This document shows positions 7,480-15,420 of a stretch of 64,000 nt of DNA, piece after piece. Position numbers and translations under genes: made by a program. The notes beneath the pieces are model-generated. The model had not been told where the DNA came from, ran no database searches, and saw nothing but the letters and a program-made list of their open reading frames with translations. The stretch is taken from the IMG/VR virus record IMGVR_UViG_3300032240_001991, positions 186,001 to 250,000 of that record. One strand, written 5' to 3'. The stretch's first letter is position 1. Every line of letters starts with the position of its first letter.

Positions 7480-7489
7480 GTTTTATTTT

Positions 7490-7563
7490 GCCGGATTGGT
7501 ATAATGGTATTACAGCGGTCTCCAAAACCGTTAACGGGGGTTCAATTCCCTCATCCGGTGCCA
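7490..7563 (+). tRNA. tRNA-Trp(CCA)
   Basis: Loop CT-CCA-AA, G73-CCA. Confidence 0.93.
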
Positions 7564-7583
7564 GACTTAAAAATAAATAATTT

Positions 7584-8288
7584 GTGAATAACATAATTTC
7601 AGAAGGACTAGAATATAACACCAATATTGGATTAAATTATTCTTTCTTATACATGGAAGTTCCTAAGGTATGTTGCACAGTAATTAAAAGAACCCTTCAA
7701 AAAATAGAAGGTTGCGAAAAAGATATAAGCGAAATCCCAATAAAAAGTATGACGACATTAAAAGGAATAAGCAATTCTGGAATGTCTTTTCATGATATAT
7801 TTCATTCTAAAAAATTATTTAAATTTACATTTATCAGGAATCCTTATACACGAATTTTATCTTGCTACCTTGATAAAATTCAATCAAAAAACATTGTGCC
7901 TGATTCGCAACAATATCACGAATATTACGATGCTTTAAATTTAGATTTTAATAAAGAAATTTCTTTTAAAGAATTTTTACTAGCTCTTAAAAAAGACGAA
8001 AATTTAACTAAAAATACGCATTGGACTCCGCAGTTTCTTTTAATTAAAGATTCTAGAATTTCCTATGATTTTATAGGTAGATTTGAAAATTTTGAAAATG
8101 ATTTTAAATTTGTATTAGAACAGATTGGAAAGCCAGACGCAATTATAGCAAATCATTTTCCTGAAAAAATTAGGACTAATGCTAACTTCAGGATAAAAGA
8201 ATTCTACGGAGAGACAGAAAAAGCCTTAGTTTCTGAACTTTACGAATGTGATTTTCGTAGATACAATTATTCAATAGACAGTATTTAA
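7584..8288 (+). CDS. Carbohydrate sulfotransferase (family 2)
   Basis: PAPS-binding-like VPKVCCT, FTFIRNPYTRILSCY, HWTPQ, YDFIGRFENFEND motifs. Confidence 0.85.
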   Translation: MNNIISEGLEYNTNIGLNYSFLYMEVPKVCCTVIKRTLQKIEGCEKDISEIPIKSMTTLKGISNSGMSFHDIFHSKKLFKFTFIRNPYTRILSCYLDKIQSKNIVPDSQQYHEYYDALNLDFNKEISFKEFLLALKKDENLTKNTHWTPQFLLIKDSRISYDFIGRFENFENDFKFVLEQIGKPDAIIANHFPEKIRTNANFRIKEFYGETEKALVSELYECDFRRYNYSIDSI

Positions 8289-8295
8289 AAAGTAC

Positions 8296-8324
8296 TTGAC
8301 TTTTGCATGGTAAAAGAATATAAT
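8296..8324 (+). promoter_or_regulatory. Sigma70-type promoter
   Basis: TTGACT-N17-TATAAT upstream of tRNA-Gln. Confidence 0.75.
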
Positions 8325-8335
8325 AAGTTAACAAT

Positions 8336-8409
8336 TGAGGGTTCGTCTAAAGGTAGGACCGCGGTCTTTGAAGCCGCTTATCGTGGTTCGAATCCACGAC
8401 CCTCAACCA
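8336..8409 (+). tRNA. tRNA-Gln(UUG)
   Basis: U1-A72, loop CT-TTG-AA, CCA. Confidence 0.92.
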
Positions 8410-8432
8410 AATTATTAAATAAATATGTTCAC

Positions 8433-8506
8433 GGGGATGTAAGCTAACGGGAAACTGGCGCGTTTGCATCGCGCACTTGAGGGTTCGATTCCCTCCATCT
8501 CCACCA
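8433..8506 (+). tRNA. tRNA-Ala(UGC)
   Basis: G3:U70 pair, loop TT-TGC-AT, CCA. Confidence 0.93.
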
Positions 8507-8515
8507 ATCAATTGT

Positions 8516-8589
8516 TGCGCGGTAGTAGAACGGCACTACGCTGGGCTCATAATCCGGAGAACTTGGTTCAACTCCAAGCTGCGCTACCA
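8516..8589 (+). tRNA. tRNA-Met(CAU), probably initiator
   Basis: Unpaired U1/U72, GGG run in the anticodon stem, loop CT-CAT-AA. Confidence 0.85.
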
Positions 8590-8597
8590 TTTTAATA

Positions 8598-9512
8598 ATG
8601 AAAATACTTTATACTAGACATATAGATACTAATCAAGAAAAACGAATGCAACAGGACTATCTTTGTGATGTTGTTATTCACGGCTTACGGAGTTTAGGAG
8701 AAGAAGTTATAGATGTACCAAGACTTTGGTACATGTATAAAAATGAGTTTGGTTCTGGAAAGAATAACCTAAACGATCTCTATGGAAGGGGGTTTACTAT
8801 TTTTGCAACCCTAGACGAAGATTTAATAGATCGCACAGATATAGAATTAAAAATTCGTAATCGATATTTTGATCTTATTGTTATTGCTAGAATAGATTAC
8901 GGAACACCTTATCTATCTTTAATTTTAGAAAATTATCCGCCATCAAAAATTATAATACTTGATGGACAGGATTCTGAAAAAATTTACTCTACGTATCTAA
9001 CAACTTGCGGAACTTACTTCAAAAGAGAATTAAGGTTTTCTGATCCGCATATTTTTCCAATTTCTTTTGCTTTTCCTAAAGAAAAAATTCAACAGGTAAA
9101 TTATAATAAATCTAAAATAATTTCTCAAATTAAACCAAACTATAATAGATCTTATCTATTTGATAACGAAAAAGATTATTATAATGAGTATAACGAATCT
9201 CTATTTGCTTATACACAATGTAAAGTAGGTTGGGACGTCATGAGACATTACGAAATCATGGCTTGTAGATCTATTCCTATATTTTATGGTATAGATGTCT
9301 GTCCAGAATATACTTGTACTACATTGCCAAAAAAAGAGTTGTTAGAAATTTTAAATAAACACCTTCAAGATGGGTTTGATTGGTTTACCCAAAATCTAAG
9401 TTACTGTTACGAAATGGAAGAAAAGATACATCAACATTTCTTAAAACATTGCACTACAGAAGTATTAGCAAAATATATCTTAGATACTCATTTTAGTAGA
9501 GTTAAATTATGA
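8598..9512 (+). CDS. Putative glycosyltransferase-like protein (paralog 1)
   Basis: GWDVMRHYEIMACRSIPIF C-terminal motif resembles CgeB/exostosin-like GT folds; strongly similar to the next ORF. Confidence 0.5.
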   Translation: MKILYTRHIDTNQEKRMQQDYLCDVVIHGLRSLGEEVIDVPRLWYMYKNEFGSGKNNLNDLYGRGFTIFATLDEDLIDRTDIELKIRNRYFDLIVIARIDYGTPYLSLILENYPPSKIIILDGQDSEKIYSTYLTTCGTYFKRELRFSDPHIFPISFAFPKEKIQQVNYNKSKIISQIKPNYNRSYLFDNEKDYYNEYNESLFAYTQCKVGWDVMRHYEIMACRSIPIFYGIDVCPEYTCTTLPKKELLEILNKHLQDGFDWFTQNLSYCYEMEEKIHQHFLKHCTTEVLAKYILDTHFSRVKL

Positions 9513-10408
9513 AGATTTTAATTACACGAAACTGGGTTGATCGATACCAAGATTACCTTTCAGATTCAATATTTCATGGGCTTAAAAGTCTAGGTGAAGA
9601 AGTTGTAGATGTACCGCAACTATGGTACATGTATAAAGATGAGTTTACTTCTGGAAAGCGTAGTTTAGTTAACGACGTATATGGCAGAGGATTTACTTTG
9701 TATTCCTCAATAGATTCTGACAATGTTGATCGAACAGACATAGAACATAAAATACGATCTAGCTACTTTGATATCATCATCTGTTCAAGAGCTGAGTTGC
9801 CAGGACCTTATTATTATCAAATGCTAGAGTCATATCCGCACAATAAAATTATAGTTTTAGATGGTACTGATGAAACTCATCTTTGTGATCAAAATCTTTT
9901 AGGGAAAGCAACATATTTTAAAAGAGAAAATGTTCATCCTTATAATAGATCTGTACATCCTATTTCTTTTTCTTTCCCAAAAGAAAAAATTCAAAAACCT
10001 AATTTTAATAAATCAAAAATGATGGCTGCTCCTGATCCTAGAGCAGCTTCTTCTTTTTCTTTTTTTAAAGAAGAAGATTATTACAATGAATATAATAAAT
10101 CTTGCTTTGGAGTAACAATAAAAAAAGGCGGATGGGACTGTATGCGACATTACGAAATTATGGGTTCGAGAGCCATACCTTTATTTTTAGATATAGATCA
10201 TTGCCCTAATAGTATTCTAACTACGTTACCTAAAAAAGAATTATTTGACATTTTAACTGTATGCCGAGAGAAAGGCGGCGATTGGATTAAAGAAAACATG
10301 GATTATTATTATGAAATGGAAGAAAAGATACATCAACATTTCTTAAAACACTGTACTACAGAAGAATCGGCAAAATATATGTTAGATATTCATCTTAAAA
10401 ATCGTTGA
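9509..10408 (+). CDS. Putative glycosyltransferase-like protein (paralog 2)
   Basis: GGWDCMRHYEIMGSRAIPLF; shares YEMEEKIHQHFLKHCTTE with paralog 1. Confidence 0.5.
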   Translation: MKILITRNWVDRYQDYLSDSIFHGLKSLGEEVVDVPQLWYMYKDEFTSGKRSLVNDVYGRGFTLYSSIDSDNVDRTDIEHKIRSSYFDIIICSRAELPGPYYYQMLESYPHNKIIVLDGTDETHLCDQNLLGKATYFKRENVHPYNRSVHPISFSFPKEKIQKPNFNKSKMMAAPDPRAASSFSFFKEEDYYNEYNKSCFGVTIKKGGWDCMRHYEIMGSRAIPLFLDIDHCPNSILTTLPKKELFDILTVCREKGGDWIKENMDYYYEMEEKIHQHFLKHCTTEESAKYMLDIHLKNR

Positions 10409-10432
10409 CATTTTTTTATATGAATATATAAT
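10405..10432 (+). promoter_or_regulatory. Sigma70-type promoter
   Basis: TTGACA-N16-TATAAT upstream of tRNA-Ser. Confidence 0.65.
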
Positions 10433-10450
10433 TGTTAAATAAATTGTTAA

Positions 10451-10539
10451 GGAAGGTTGGCTGAGCGGTTAAAGCAGCAGGTTGCTAACCTGCCGTCCCT
10501 AATAGGGGCGCATAGGTTCGAATCCTATACCTTCCGCCA
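10451..10539 (+). tRNA. tRNA-Ser(GCU)
   Basis: Loop TT-GCT-AA, long V arm, G73-CCA. Confidence 0.94.
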
Positions 10540-10559
10540 TATTTTTTAAAGGAAACTTT

Positions 10560-10745
10560 GTGTACAAACCAACAGCAAGTTATAAAATGTCTTCAGAATC
10601 TAAGCGTCTTCTTTCAAAGATTCAGGACCCGCATGAGAGGGGAGAAACGAAGCGTTTGATTATTCAAGCGGATATGCATTATCAATCTCGTTCTCGAGTT
10701 CGTAGCGGACGAGAAATTAAGTCTGGTGAGACCGACACAGAGTAA
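10560..10745 (+). CDS. Small basic hypothetical protein
   Basis: GTG start after AAGGAA; fills the gap between two tRNAs. Confidence 0.55.
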   Translation: MYKPTASYKMSSESKRLLSKIQDPHERGETKRLIIQADMHYQSRSRVRSGREIKSGETDTE

Positions 10746-10757
10746 ATAAAGATATAT

Positions 10758-10833
10758 GCCCACTTAGCACAGCTGGTAGTGCAACTGATTTGTAATCAGT
10801 AGGTCGGGAGTTCGAATCTCTCAGTGGGCACCA
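10758..10833 (+). tRNA. tRNA-Thr(UGU)
   Basis: Loop TT-TGT-AA, CCA. Confidence 0.95.
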
Positions 10834-10836
10834 ATC

Positions 10837-10963
10837 GCGACGGCTCCAATGTCGTTAATATTGGCGCATTCTTGGATGCGAGAAAAGTCCTTAGAATTTA
10901 AGATTACTTTGTCCTAATTGCCATAGTCAAACAGAAAATTTTGGCAGTAAAGGTCAAGGTAAT
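10837..10963 (+). ncRNA. Candidate structured RNA (H-type pseudoknot plus two hairpins)
   Basis: GCGAC/GTCGT and CCAAT/ATTGG interleaved; CGCAT/ATGCG hairpin; long hairpin ATTACTTTG/CAAGGTAAT with inner CCT/AGG and TTGCCA/TGGCAG. Confidence 0.45.
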
Positions 10964-11011
10964 AGATATAAAAAATTTACAAAGAGAAATAGTTATTTGC
11001 AAAAATACAAA

Positions 11012-11085
11012 GCCTCGTTAGTTTAATGGTAAAACTCTGCTTTTACACGGCAGCTACGGCAGTTCAATTCTGTCACGAGGTACCA
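11012..11085 (+). tRNA. tRNA-Val(UAC)
   Basis: Loop TT-TAC-AC, A73-CCA. Confidence 0.9.
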
Positions 11086-11090
11086 AGATT

Positions 11091-11167
11091 CGGGAAGTAG
11101 CTCAGCTTGGTAGAGCACCTGCTTTGGGAGCAGGGTGTCGCAGGTTCGAATCCTGTCTTCCCGACCA
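11091..11167 (+). tRNA. tRNA-Pro(UGG)
   Basis: C1-G72, loop TT-TGG-GA, CCA. Confidence 0.95.
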
Positions 11168-11183
11168 ATTATAAGGAAACAAT

Positions 11184-11876
11184 ATGTCGTTAGAAAGATT
11201 ACCCGGAGTAAGTTATGTGTGGCACGAAAGAGACATCTTTACTGTAGTTTACAATAATGGACAATGGGGTAACGGAGTTACCCTGCCTAAAAGCGGAATT
11301 GGATCTACCCTTTGGTATACTGAAAATCTCCGTAAAGAATTACCAAATTTATTAGAAAAATATAATTTAAAAAGAATATACGATGCACCATGTGGTGATA
11401 TGACATGGATGCCCCTAGTATTAGAATCTACTCATTATGAGCAATACATAGGAGCAGATATTGTATCAACACTTATCCAAGATATGAGAGATAAGTTTGA
11501 CAACGATAAATGGTCATTTAGAGTTAATAATATCTGCAATGATCGTTTTCCGGACGCAGATGTTTGGTTTTGTAGAGATTGTTTGTTTCACTTAACTAAC
11601 GAGAATATTCTTAAGGCCCTCAAAAATTTTGTTAATTCTTCTATTCCTTACATACTAACAACTTCACATTGTTTTGATACCGTTGGACCAGATAACGTAG
11701 TATTTCAGGAAAATCAAGACGGATTAAACGGCGATTACAGATTGTTAAATCTAACAGCTAGCCCGTGGAATTTTTCAGAACCGTTAGCTAAAATAGACGA
11801 TACGTATGAAGGGTTTTCTAAAAGATACATGGGTCTTTGGACAAGAGAAAGTGTTGCTAAAGCTCTAAATCTATAA
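11184..11876 (+). CDS. Class I SAM-dependent methyltransferase
   Basis: IYDAPCGD motif I, YIGADIV, DVWFCRDCLFHL. Confidence 0.8.
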   Translation: MSLERLPGVSYVWHERDIFTVVYNNGQWGNGVTLPKSGIGSTLWYTENLRKELPNLLEKYNLKRIYDAPCGDMTWMPLVLESTHYEQYIGADIVSTLIQDMRDKFDNDKWSFRVNNICNDRFPDADVWFCRDCLFHLTNENILKALKNFVNSSIPYILTTSHCFDTVGPDNVVFQENQDGLNGDYRLLNLTASPWNFSEPLAKIDDTYEGFSKRYMGLWTRESVAKALNL

Positions 11877-11922
11877 TAAATACTTTAGTGTTAAGTTAAC
11901 ACAAATAAAAAGGAGATTTACA

Positions 11923-12129
11923 ATGGAAACTCTAAAAGGTGCGGTAAAGTCAAAAACAGTTTGGTTAGGTGTATTAGTAGCTGCTCTTTCAGCTCTTCAG
12001 TCTGGACTAAATGGAGTAGGTATTACTCCTGAACAACTAGGTGTTGTTGGCCCGCTTCTAGGTGTTGTAATTGTTTGGTTACGTTCTATAACAACTGGGT
12101 CTTTAGCTGATAAGAACACATCTAAATAA
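11923..12129 (+). CDS. Small two-TM membrane protein (holin-like)
   Basis: KSKTVW start, two hydrophobic helices, basic tail; strong AAGGAG RBS. Confidence 0.5.
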   Translation: METLKGAVKSKTVWLGVLVAALSALQSGLNGVGITPEQLGVVGPLLGVVIVWLRSITTGSLADKNTSK

Positions 12130-12147
12130 TTTGAGTTTACTGCTATT

Positions 12148-12183
12148 AAAGGGTTAGATCGCAAGGTCTAACCCTTTATTTGT
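12148..12183 (+). terminator. Rho-independent terminator
   Basis: AAAGGGTTAGATC-GCAA-GGTCTAACCCTTT followed by T-rich sequence. Confidence 0.8.
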
Positions 12184-12188
12184 TTATT

Positions 12189-12264
12189 GCCCCTGTAACT
12201 TAACGGATAGAGTGCTTGGCTTCGAACCAAGAAGTTGTGGGTTCAAATCCTGCCAGGGGCGCCA
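12189..12264 (+). tRNA. tRNA-Arg(UCG)
   Basis: Loop CT-TCG-AA, CCA. Confidence 0.88.
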
Positions 12265-12274
12265 TAAATACAAG

Positions 12275-12733
12275 ATGCGTATTACAGAAATACTAGAAGG
12301 TAAATTTGATTATTCAGTAAAGGATTATGAAAACGTACCTTTTGATCCTACAGATTCGTCTGGTCGACTAAGTGTGGGAATTAGTTCAAAAAATCCTAAC
12401 TTAGGACCTCACGAAGGCAAGATACTAAACTTAATGCTTAAAGGTATGAAGCCTGCTGCTGTTATTACACAAAAAGAATTAAATCAATATTTTGCTCCTT
12501 ACATACATGCAAAGAAAATTGTTCTAATTGGTCCTTTTCCTATTACTAGAGGAACACAAACAGACTTTATTGTAACTCTGCCTGGAGAGGAATGGAGAGG
12601 CCGCAAATTATCAAAGATTTGGCCAAAATTACACGCTGCTACTGATCCTAAAGAAATTAAATTGATACATGCTAAAATTGGAAAACTCTTAGGCTATCCA
12701 AAAGAATCAATCAGACATTTCATTGATAAATAA
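12275..12733 (+). CDS. Hypothetical protein (MRITEILE N-terminus, possible internal head protein)
   Basis: ORF-track start lies inside tRNA-Arg; ATG 12275 is the likely start. Confidence 0.6.
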   Translation: MRITEILEGKFDYSVKDYENVPFDPTDSSGRLSVGISSKNPNLGPHEGKILNLMLKGMKPAAVITQKELNQYFAPYIHAKKIVLIGPFPITRGTQTDFIVTLPGEEWRGRKLSKIWPKLHAATDPKEIKLIHAKIGKLLGYPKESIRHFIDK

Positions 12734-12855
12734 TCTCGCCATCCAACCTTTCGGTATAGGACAAGTAGTATGACTACGGCGTATGCAGGGATCTAGAGAC
12801 AGTGCGCACTGTTCTACGATTGACGAACCGAACCAACACTTTTAAGGAGACCTAA

Positions 12856-13215
12856 ATGGCTGTTTACTGGGGATATCATTTGATGCTGGATTGCTCGGGT
12901 TGCAACGATAATATAAAAGATCGTGAGCAAATTTATCGTTTTACCAAAGAATTAGTTAAGCGCATCGACATGACTGCTTTTGGCGAACCAATTATTGAAT
13001 TTTTGCTTCCTGGTGATCCAAAAGAAGGTTACAGCTTAATGCAGCTCATTACCACCAGTAATATTTGTGCACATTTTGTTAACCCTGACAATACTGCCTA
13101 CATCGATATTTTTAGTTGCAAAGATTATAATATAGAAGAAGCCAAGGCTGTAGTCTCTGAATTTTTTGCTCCAACTAAAATGAGAACTAATTACATTACC
13201 CGCAATGCTGATTAA
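12856..13215 (+). CDS. speD: S-adenosylmethionine decarboxylase proenzyme-like (pyruvoyl type)
   Basis: GYHLMLDCSGC, GYSLMQLITTSNICAHF (cleavage-site region), YIDIFSCK. Confidence 0.8.
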   Translation: MAVYWGYHLMLDCSGCNDNIKDREQIYRFTKELVKRIDMTAFGEPIIEFLLPGDPKEGYSLMQLITTSNICAHFVNPDNTAYIDIFSCKDYNIEEAKAVVSEFFAPTKMRTNYITRNAD

Positions 13216-13221
13216 CGTATA

Positions 13222-13299
13222 GCTCCTATCGTCTAGACGGGCCCAGGACTTTCGATTCTCAGTCGGATAACACAGGTTCGAATCCTGTTAGGAGCACCA
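13222..13299 (+). tRNA. tRNA-Glu(CUC)
   Basis: GCTCCTA/TAGGAGC acceptor, loop TT-CTC-AG, CCA. Confidence 0.8.
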
Positions 13300-13306
13300 A
13301 AGATAA

Positions 13307-13936
13307 ATGGAAAACAAGTATATACTGTTTGATATAGGAGCAAATACTGGAACCGATAGCTTGGAAAAAACTAAGCTTAATCCTTATGTTGAAACATATG
13401 CTTTTGAACCAACTCCTTATCTAACCCAATACCTAGCATGGCACAGTAAAGAATTCTCTAATAGATACCATATCATTCCGCACGCTGTTAGTAACTTTGA
13501 CGGAATTTCTAAGTTTAATATTGGAATTGACTGGGGTTGCAGTTCTTTAAATGAAATTAGTGATAACATCAACGAAATATGGCCTGGGTGGCCCGGTGGG
13601 CCAGAATTTCGTACAATAGAAATCATTGACGTTGGAGTAATTAGATTAGATACCTGGTTTAGAAGAAATAATTTAAACATTGATAAAATTGATTTCTTTC
13701 ATTGCGACACGCAAGGCAGTGATTTAAAAGTCCTTCAAGGAATGGGAGATTATATAGAGCTTATTCAAGAAGGAGTAGTAGAGTGTGCTAGAGACGAAAA
13801 TTCTAAATTATATAAAGAAAACCATACTGAACAAGAAATGATTGAATTTTTGTTTTCAAAAGGGTTTGACATTCCTAGAAGAGAATGGAATGACCAATAT
13901 GGTTGCGAAATTAATGTATTCTTTAAAAAACGATAA
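13307..13936 (+). CDS. FkbM-family methyltransferase
   Basis: FDIGANTG, YAFEPTP, IRLD, HCDTQGSDLKVLQG. Confidence 0.88.
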   Translation: MENKYILFDIGANTGTDSLEKTKLNPYVETYAFEPTPYLTQYLAWHSKEFSNRYHIIPHAVSNFDGISKFNIGIDWGCSSLNEISDNINEIWPGWPGGPEFRTIEIIDVGVIRLDTWFRRNNLNIDKIDFFHCDTQGSDLKVLQGMGDYIELIQEGVVECARDENSKLYKENHTEQEMIEFLFSKGFDIPRREWNDQYGCEINVFFKKR

Positions 13937-13940
13937 TTTC

Positions 13941-13969
13941 TTGACATAATAGCAAGTATGATATATACT
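13941..13969 (+). promoter_or_regulatory. Sigma70-type promoter
   Basis: TTGACA-N17-TATACT. Confidence 0.75.
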
Positions 13970-13991
13970 ATATACATTCTAAGGAGTTTAA

Positions 13992-14210
13992 ATGAGTAAG
14001 GGAAGTCGAGCAAGGCCACTATCAGTTTCTCAGGCAGAATTTGATAAGAACTGGGAAGAAATTTTTGGAGGAATGGGTTCTTGCCCTTGCGGCCGTAGCC
14101 CAATTAAACAGTGTGTAGGGTGGCACAATCTTAACGAAGAACAACTGGCTAGAGCAAAAGAAAACTGGGATAAAAGAGAAAAGTTACGTAATGACAAGAG
14201 TTGTAGTTAA
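13992..14210 (+). CDS. Small protein with CDGSH-like Fe-S/Zn motif
   Basis: CPCGRSPIKQCVGWH has the spacing of the CDGSH 3Cys-1His site. Confidence 0.55.
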   Translation: MSKGSRARPLSVSQAEFDKNWEEIFGGMGSCPCGRSPIKQCVGWHNLNEEQLARAKENWDKREKLRNDKSCS

Positions 14211-14592
14211 CGGTTGCTTTGACGTATTACACCTAGGACACCTTAATCTTTTAGCATATGCTAGAGGAATTACTAATTCTTACGTGATGGTACTTATAGA
14301 TAGTGATCGGAGAGTTAAAGAACTTAAAGGATCATCTCGTCCTATTAATCCTCAAGGAGAACGTGCTTTGATGTTATCTGCTCTCAGATATGTTGATCAA
14401 GTTCGTATATTTGATAGTGACGAAGAATTAGCAGATATGATCAAACAATTTGCTCCAGATATAATGGTCAAAGGCAGTGACTATAAAAATAAACCTATCA
14501 TAGGTTCAGAATACTGCAAGGAAATAAAATTTTATGAGTACCTCAATGGATATTCAACAACAGAAAAAATACAGAGTATTATTAATAGGTGA
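14191..14592 (+). CDS. rfaE2: Heptose-phosphate adenylyltransferase (HldE/RfaE domain II) cytidylyltransferase family
   Basis: NGCFDVLHLGH (HxGH), DRRVKELKGSSRPI, VKGSDY, GYSTT. Confidence 0.88.
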   Translation: MTRVVVNGCFDVLHLGHLNLLAYARGITNSYVMVLIDSDRRVKELKGSSRPINPQGERALMLSALRYVDQVRIFDSDEELADMIKQFAPDIMVKGSDYKNKPIIGSEYCKEIKFYEYLNGYSTTEKIQSIINR

Positions 14593-15340
14593 TAGCTGTA
14601 TTGATGTTTATCGATACGGTACTGTAGATAGAATCAGTCCTGAGGCTCCTGTTCCTGTTTTTAAATTTAAAAATATGGAAACAAGACAAGGAATGGCAGC
14701 AAATGTTCAAAAAAATTTAGAAGCATTTGGAATTGACGTCACTTCTTACTTTGGCACAGATTCTACTAAAACCAGAATAGTAGATCTCAAAAGTAAACAA
14801 CATATTCTAAGAATTGACGACGATGTCTCTTCTGACCCTTTAATCTTTGGAGATATAAAAGACCGATTAAAGACCTTTGATGCAATAGTGATCAGCGACT
14901 ACGATAAAGGTTGGGTAAGTTATGAATTGGTTGAAAATATTAGTAGAACTTACCAAGGTCCAATTTTTATCGATACAAAGAAAAGAGATTTATCTAGATT
15001 CGGCCAATGCTACGTTAAGGTTAACGAATTAGAATATAACAACAGATATTCTGTAAACGAAACTCTAATTATTACTTTAGGGGAGCGTGGGGCTGTTTAT
15101 CGAACTTATAATCAAGATGATGGTAAAAAAGAAAAATGGTTCCCTACGGAAAAAGTAGAAGTAGTAGATGTTTGCGGCGCAGGGGATACATTTTTGTCCG
15201 CTATGGTTGCAAATTACTTAAATAGTAGTAATATAGAAGATGCAATCATTTTTGCTAATCGTGCTAGCGGAATTGCAGTACAACATAGCGGAGTGTATGT
15301 ATTAACTGAGGAAGACATTAAAAATATTGAGCGGGTATGA
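14534..15340 (+). CDS. rfaE1: Heptose-phosphate kinase (HldE/RfaE domain I), PfkB family
   Basis: IGDSCID.Y.YG.V.RISPEAPVPV, ISDYDKG, DVCGAGDTF, AN.A.GIAV. Confidence 0.88.
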   Translation: MSTSMDIQQQKKYRVLLIGDSCIDVYRYGTVDRISPEAPVPVFKFKNMETRQGMAANVQKNLEAFGIDVTSYFGTDSTKTRIVDLKSKQHILRIDDDVSSDPLIFGDIKDRLKTFDAIVISDYDKGWVSYELVENISRTYQGPIFIDTKKRDLSRFGQCYVKVNELEYNNRYSVNETLIITLGERGAVYRTYNQDDGKKEKWFPTEKVEVVDVCGAGDTFLSAMVANYLNSSNIEDAIIFANRASGIAVQHSGVYVLTEEDIKNIERV

Positions 15341-15404
15341 TGTAGTGGTAGCCTGCAACCTTGCCAAGGTCGACGTACGAGTTCGATTCTCGTTACCCGC
15401 TCCA
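15331..15404 (+). tRNA. tRNA-Gly(GCC), overlapping the last 10 nt of rfaE1
   Basis: GCGGGTA/TACCCGC acceptor, loop TT-GCC-AA, U73-CCA. Confidence 0.88.
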
Positions 15405-15420
15405 ATTTTATAGGTGATTA

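Noticed and set aside
5621-7489. CRISPR-like reading of the repeated GTTTTAGGATGCCTACAGCAA
   Set aside because: Only two copies about 1.8 kb apart, no regular repeat-spacer period and no cas genes; reported as an ncRNA cassette instead.
12212-12274. N-terminal extension MLGFEPRSCG... of ORF 12212
   Set aside because: Translation of tRNA-Arg; real start is ATG 12275.
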